DNA of 60,104 nucleotides from Selenomonadaceae bacterium (GTDB lineage Bacteria; Bacillota; Negativicutes; Selenomonadales; Selenomonadaceae): NCBI GenBank assembly GCA_017554285.1, contig JAFZIQ010000149.1, positions 1 to 60,104 of the forward strand, read 5' to 3'. Shown piece by piece: positions 56,069 to 60,104 of this stretch (position 1 is its first letter; each line of letters starts with the position of its first letter). The notes under the pieces were generated by a model. It saw only the letters and a program-made list of their open reading frames with translations, ran no database searches and was not told where the DNA came from. The position numbers and the translations under genes were made by a program.

Positions 56069-57232
56069 TTAATTATTATTAAACGATCGGGCAACTTGAG
56101 AGTCGGATAAAGGCGCATTTGATACGGATTCGGGAACGGGTGTCGTAACTTCCGCAGAACGACCGCTTACTACGGGCGGACTCGGAACAGATGCCTGCAT
56201 ACCCGACGGAATCACGGGCAACGACGCCGATTTGGATTTGGCGGACGGGGTACGGTCGTCAGTCTTTTGAAGAATCTGATCTCCTTGAATGATTTCTATT
56301 TTGGGAGTTGCAGGTGCGACAGGCGCGGTCGGAATTTGCGGCAACGGATTGACAATCTGCGCGGGATTTGAATTTTCGGGAATGACAGGTATATATTCCA
56401 CCTGCGAAGACGGATGAGGATAATCGTGTTCAGGTTCGGGCTGAGGAGCGTTTACCGATTCAAGCGTGAATTCCATTTCGCTGGTATAAGAATTTTTCGG
56501 CTTGGTGGGACGCAAGGACATATAAATTTCTCCGAGCTTGGAGGCTGAAACCAATTTCAACACGTCTTCGGGCTTGAGGGCGAATGTTGCTATCGAAGGG
56601 TTATTAATCGCCGTCGTGGTAGTTACGGCATTTTCGGCTGCAACATTGTTGCCCGTCATGTCCTTATTGATACTCAACAACTGAACGTTTTGCAAAAGAA
56701 CATTTGTGGTAACGCTGTACTGACTTTTTTCCACGAGGAGCAAATCAACGAAATCGCCGGGTTTGGCAAAACCTGCGACGCCAGTAATATCATTGACACT
56801 TATAGAAATTGCACGACAATCGAGCGGGATAGTTGCGATAAAACCTTCGTCACTTTTTTCCGCAAAAACTTTTTGGATAGTGAGAATATCTCCCGCGAAA
56901 ATCGAAACTTTTACTTGAACGTCCAAAACGTCTTTAAAGTTTTGTATCACGCCTTCGGGTGCCATGTCAACGGGCATTTCCTTAAGTTGCAACATACTTT
57001 CTTGAATTCTGGTGCGTGGCGGGATATTTGTTTTTGCTACGACGACTTGAACTGTCTCGATAGGCTTTTTAGCGGCTTTTGAAGCTTCATCTTCCTGCAA
57101 GATATTCATTATGGCATAAATTGTCAAGAACATTATAAATGCCGCGCAACCCGCCAAAATCAGTAACTGACGAGGTCGCAAATCATTTAATTTGTTTATC
57201 AGGTTCTGGAACATCGTCAATCCTCTCGTCAA
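56069..57232 (-). CDS. Flp pilus assembly protein CpaB/RcpC-like
   Basis: N-terminal TM, a SAF-like segment (VVVAKTNIPPRTRIQESMLQLKEMP) and a RcpC-like beta domain. Long Pro-rich C-terminal extension. Confidence 0.8.
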   Translation of the reverse strand: MTRGLTMFQNLINKLNDLRPRQLLILAGCAAFIMFLTIYAIMNILQEDEASKAAKKPIETVQVVVAKTNIPPRTRIQESMLQLKEMPVDMAPEGVIQNFKDVLDVQVKVSIFAGDILTIQKVFAEKSDEGFIATIPLDCRAISISVNDITGVAGFAKPGDFVDLLLVEKSQYSVTTNVLLQNVQLLSINKDMTGNNVAAENAVTTTTAINNPSIATFALKPEDVLKLVSASKLGEIYMSLRPTKPKNSYTSEMEFTLESVNAPQPEPEHDYPHPSSQVEYIPVIPENSNPAQIVNPLPQIPTAPVAPATPKIEIIQGDQILQKTDDRTPSAKSKSASLPVIPSGMQASVPSPPVVSGRSAEVTTPVPESVSNAPLSDSQVARSFNNN

Positions 57233-57474
57233 ATTTTAATCGATTTAAATTCTTGGTGTTTTGAATTATACTTGCTTAAAAATTTTTGTCAAATTCTTTT
57301 GTACGATTCTGTTTGGCAGAGGGAAATTTTTTTGTCGAAGGCGTCAACTTGTTTATTGACTTCGCGGCGCGGTTAATTTAAAGTGTTATTTTAGAGGAGG
57401 GGTTTTCATGGAGGCAATAGCTTCAATAGCAAACGGATTTATGGATTTATTCCGCGCAGGTTCGGATACTAAGC

Positions 57475-57846
57475 GTGAAATATCATACGATAATCACGGG
57501 CTGGGGAAATGCCGCCTTAAATTTTCTCGAAGACCCCGAAGCGAATTTTATAATCATTTTTAATGAAGACGTGCCGCCCGATTTGGCAGATGTTTCAGTC
57601 CTTCACACTAGGGAACAACTTTTGGCGACACCTGAGGCGGGCGATACCGTCCTTATCGGCGAAAAAGTTTTTGACATAACGGCGATCGGCGAAGAGGCTA
57701 AAAGTACTTTAAAAAATCTCGGACATTGCACGTTATGTTTTAAGGGCGGCAGTGTTCCCGAACGCCCCGGCTACATTATGCTTGAAGGTGAGGAGCCGCT
57801 CTTGAAATCGGATATTCAAATCGAAGTGCCAATAGAAATTCATTGA
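57475..57846 (+). CDS. PTS glucitol/sorbitol IIA (SrlB)-like protein, orphan
   Basis: The sequence is SrlB-like over its full length (KYHTIITGWGNAAL..., ITAIGEEAKSTLKNLGHCTLCF). GTG start with a weak SD. No IIB/IIC genes are in the window. Confidence 0.65.
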   Translation: MKYHTIITGWGNAALNFLEDPEANFIIIFNEDVPPDLADVSVLHTREQLLATPEAGDTVLIGEKVFDITAIGEEAKSTLKNLGHCTLCFKGGSVPERPGYIMLEGEEPLLKSDIQIEVPIEIH

Positions 57847-57902
57847 GGGAACAGGGAACAGGGATTAGATTTTTCTGTTCCCTAATCCCTAACCCTAATC
57901 CC
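57847..57902. repeat. Near-perfect inverted heptamer-array hairpin between the SrlB-like and dehydrogenase genes
   Basis: GGGAACA GGGAACA GGGATTA, loop GATTTTTC, then TGTTCCC TAATCCC TAACCC TAATCCC, followed by TGAAAGGAGA (the SD of the next gene). Confidence 0.85.
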
Positions 57903-57921
57903 TGAAAGGAGATTTTTAGCT

Positions 57922-59247
57922 ATGCTGAATATGGACAAAAAACTTGCACAGCGCGAGGCAGAAGGTAAAATCATTCGGACGGGCTTGGTCGGCGCAGGAC
58001 AAATGGGGCGCGGCATGGTCAGCCAAATGGTCGGCATGAAAGGCATTATGCCCGCAATCGTTGCCGACATTAAAATCGAAAACGTCATCAACGCATTTCA
58101 TTACGCGGGCATTGACGACGCGAATATTGTCAAAACCAATTCGCTCGAAGAAGCCAACAAGTTCATGGAGATGGGCAAATACATTGCTACGGAAAATGCG
58201 GATTTAATTTCTACGGCTAATCTTGTCGAATGCGCAATTGACGTTACGGGCGTTCCCGAAATCGGCGTTCGCATTGCAACCGACGCACTTAACAATAAAA
58301 AACATGTTGTTATGATGGACGTTGAGACCGACGTTGTTATAGGCTCGTGGCTTAAAAAACTCGGCGATAAAAACGGCGTCATTTATACAGGCTCTGCGGG
58401 CGACGAACCGGGCGCGGTTATGGAGCTTTACTGTTTCGCTAAGGCAACGGGTTTTCAAGTCAAAGTCATGGGCAAGGGCAAAAATAATAAGCTCGATTAC
58501 GATTGCAACCCCGATACCGTTCTTGAAGAGGCGACGCGCCGCAAGATGAGTCCGCGTATGCTTTGCTCGTTCAAAGACGGTACAAAAACTATGGTTGAAA
58601 TGACGGCTATGTCGAATGCAACGGGCTTAGTTCCCGACGTTATCGGCGGACACGGCGTAGCGACCAAATCCGGTACCGAAGGCGTTAAGGAATTGAATAC
58701 GCTTTTCCGCCTTAAAGAGGACGGCGGCATTTTAAATAAACACGGCGTCGTTGAATACGTTAACGGAATTGCGCCGGGCGTCTTTGTAACTGTTGCGACC
58801 GACAATGAGGAAATCGCCTATCAAATGCAATATCACAGCATGGGCGCGGGACCTCTCTGGACGCTTTATCGCCCTTATCATCTTTGCAATCTCGAAACGC
58901 CGCTCACCGTTGCCAAAATCGTTATCGATAAGGAGCCGACGATTATTCCGCTCGGTGCTCCCGTCAGTGAATGCATTACCGTTGCTAAAGTCGACCTCAA
59001 AGCGGGGCAGACGATTGACGGTATCGGCGGCTATACGACTTACGGCTCAATCGCCACCGCTGAAGAAACTTACAGGAAAGGCTACGTCATTTACGGGCTT
59101 GTAAATAAAAAGGCAAAGATGATTCGCGATGTTAAGAAAGGACAGCTCCTCACGCTCGAAGATGTTGAGCTTGATACTTCGACGCAACTTTACAAGACGC
59201 GCAAAGAACAGGACGCCATGTATAATACCGGCTATGCTTTGAAATGA
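57922..59247 (+). CDS. NAD(P)-binding dehydrogenase with C-terminal SAF domain (predicted homoserine-dehydrogenase-like family)
   Basis: Rossmann motif TGLVGAGQMGRGM. 441 aa. The C-terminal part resembles a SAF domain (ITVAKVDLKAGQTIDGIGG). Confidence 0.55.
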   Translation: MLNMDKKLAQREAEGKIIRTGLVGAGQMGRGMVSQMVGMKGIMPAIVADIKIENVINAFHYAGIDDANIVKTNSLEEANKFMEMGKYIATENADLISTANLVECAIDVTGVPEIGVRIATDALNNKKHVVMMDVETDVVIGSWLKKLGDKNGVIYTGSAGDEPGAVMELYCFAKATGFQVKVMGKGKNNKLDYDCNPDTVLEEATRRKMSPRMLCSFKDGTKTMVEMTAMSNATGLVPDVIGGHGVATKSGTEGVKELNTLFRLKEDGGILNKHGVVEYVNGIAPGVFVTVATDNEEIAYQMQYHSMGAGPLWTLYRPYHLCNLETPLTVAKIVIDKEPTIIPLGAPVSECITVAKVDLKAGQTIDGIGGYTTYGSIATAEETYRKGYVIYGLVNKKAKMIRDVKKGQLLTLEDVELDTSTQLYKTRKEQDAMYNTGYALK

Positions 59248-59269
59248 AATCATAAACCTTGTAAAAATT

Positions 59270-59306
59270 ATCCTCTGTCGAAATTTGCGGCGGAGGATTT
59301 TTTTTG
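59270..59306 (+). terminator. Intrinsic terminator
   Basis: 11-bp stem ATCCTCTGTCG / CGGCGGAGGAT (with G-U pairs), a 7-nt loop and a T-run at 59298-59306. Confidence 0.75.
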
Positions 59307-59337
59307 TTATCATGGTAAAAATTTTATCCAAAAAACG

Positions 59338-59573
59338 GCAAGAATACCCCCGCCTCTTAGGCGGCGGGAGGAATTGCCAATTGACTTTGTAACTATCAAA
59401 TGATATATTCCGGTTGTGGATGACTACCACGTTAAAAAAGTGTAATTTTAAAAGTAAGCGGAACCCGAAAGGCGACCGTGTGTGGGCGACTTGGACTCGC
59501 CTTTGAGAATAAGGGTTGCATAAATCAAACTTCTCATGAATCCCCCGCCACGCGGTGGGAGGTTCAAAGGATT
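59338..59573 (+). mobile_element. Second, shorter copy of the hairpin-bounded element family, in the folE2 upstream region (boundaries approximate)
   Basis: The left end AGAATACCCCCGCCTCTTAGGCGGCGGGAGGAAT nearly matches the minus-strand left end of the 11361-11741 insert (AGAATTCCCCCGCCTCTATAGGCGGCGGGATGAAT). The right end has hairpin CCCGCC-ACGC-GGTGGG followed by GTTCA. The interior is different and shorter. Confidence 0.5.
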
Positions 59574-59589
59574 CGGAGACAAAAACTTT

Positions 59590-60104
59590 ATGACAGACGT
59601 ACAAAATCAGCCCGACCTGCGCGGGATAAAAATACAAAGAACAGGCGTCACAAAAGTACACCTGCCGTTTTTTATTTCGGACGGCGATAAAATTCAACAG
59701 GTCACCGCGCAGATTCGATTTGCAGTATCGTTGGCAGAAAATCTGCGCGGGACGCACATGAGCCGCTTAACGGAAATTTTAACCGATTGGACGAGCCGCC
59801 CGATTGGAATCCCCGACGTTGAAAAAATTTTGCTTGAGGCGATTGAAAAACTTTCGACTGATTTCGCCGCCATAACGATTGCCTTTAAATTCTTTATGGA
59901 GAAATTTTCGCCCGTGTCCGAAAAAATTTCTCTGTCGGTTGTTGACTGCGAATTTATAGGCGAAATTACTCGCGGCAGTCGCATGAAATTTACTTTGGGC
60001 TTGATTGTGCCGTTTACGTCGCTTTGTCCGTGCAGTAAGGAAATTTCTGATTTTGGAGCGCACAATCAACGTTCGGTCTGTCGCGCTAAATTGACTTTCA
60101 AGAA
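59590..60104 (+). CDS. folE2: GTP cyclohydrolase FolE2/MptA family (5' partial, runs off the window)
   Basis: ATG 59590 lies behind a GGAG SD. The translation contains RGTHMSRL and SLCPCSKEISDFGAHNQRS, characteristic of type 2 GTP cyclohydrolase I. It is absent from the ORF track because no stop codon falls in the window. Confidence 0.8.
   Translation, partial: MTDVQNQPDLRGIKIQRTGVTKVHLPFFISDGDKIQQVTAQIRFAVSLAENLRGTHMSRLTEILTDWTSRPIGIPDVEKILLEAIEKLSTDFAAITIAFKFFMEKFSPVSEKISLSVVDCEFIGEITRGSRMKFTLGLIVPFTSLCPCSKEISDFGAHNQRSVCRAKLTFK

Noticed and set aside
59338-59589. Considered whether the folE2 upstream region is a known folate/purine/queuosine riboswitch (THF-I, THF-II/folE motif, ZTP/pfl or preQ1).
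   Set aside because: None of the consensus cores I remember is visible, e.g. the ZTP CCGCCUGGGC-type 3' element or the preQ1 ACUAGCUAC/CCCUA elements. The ends match the mobile-looking element at 11.4-11.7 kb instead. A proper Rfam scan is still needed.

Overview
This 60.1-kb bacterial window is mostly core genes from a flagellated, outer-membrane-bearing (diderm) organism. I saw no rRNA, tRNA or CRISPR array.

Gene content, in order:
- Flagellar basal-body genes flgB-flgC-fliE-fliF on the minus strand.
- A ROK-family gene, then metN-metI-metK, guaA and an MqnA-like gene.
- An accessory-looking patch at about 11.1-16.1 kb. It holds a decayed RTX-like calcium-binding gene interrupted by a ~380-nt hairpin-bounded insert. 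Next to it is a stand-alone 1232-aa protein whose only recognisable part is an actin/Hsp70-like (ASKHA) ATPase core.
- A lytic transglycosylase gene.
- An outer-membrane biogenesis block: mlaE-mlaF, a long MlaD, a membrane-fusion lipoprotein, TolC, TamB and BamA.
- A small radical-SAM gene, a tandem U32 peptidase and a TPR/GT41 glycosyltransferase.
- An orphan type IV pilin and three flagellin paralogues.
- obg, trmK, and an amino-acid-permease-like domain fused to a hybrid histidine kinase.
- An LMW phosphatase, trxB, a glutaredoxin-like gene, a PiT phosphate transporter and a dCache-HAMP-GGDEF cyclase.
- A complete-looking Tad/Flp pilus locus.
- An orphan SrlB-like gene, a SAF-domain dehydrogenase and the 5' part of folE2.

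The most unusual signals are at the DNA level:
1. The octamer CCGCGCAG/CTGCGCGG (7-mer core CGCGCAG) occurs about once per kb. It appears in both orientations, in several reading frames and in intergenic DNA.
2. A family of tandem heptamer arrays (GGGATTA, GGGAACA, GGAATTA, GGGGTCA and variants) forms inverted hairpins between genes. These often sit directly 5' of the next Shine-Dalgarno (SD) sequence, and twice lie in frame inside a coding sequence.
3. A hairpin-bounded element family is seen twice, once disrupting a gene and once in front of folE2.
4. A conserved ~150-nt leader is shared by two flagellin genes.

A lineage guess of Melainabacteria/Vampirovibrionia-like or Negativicutes-like is inference only.
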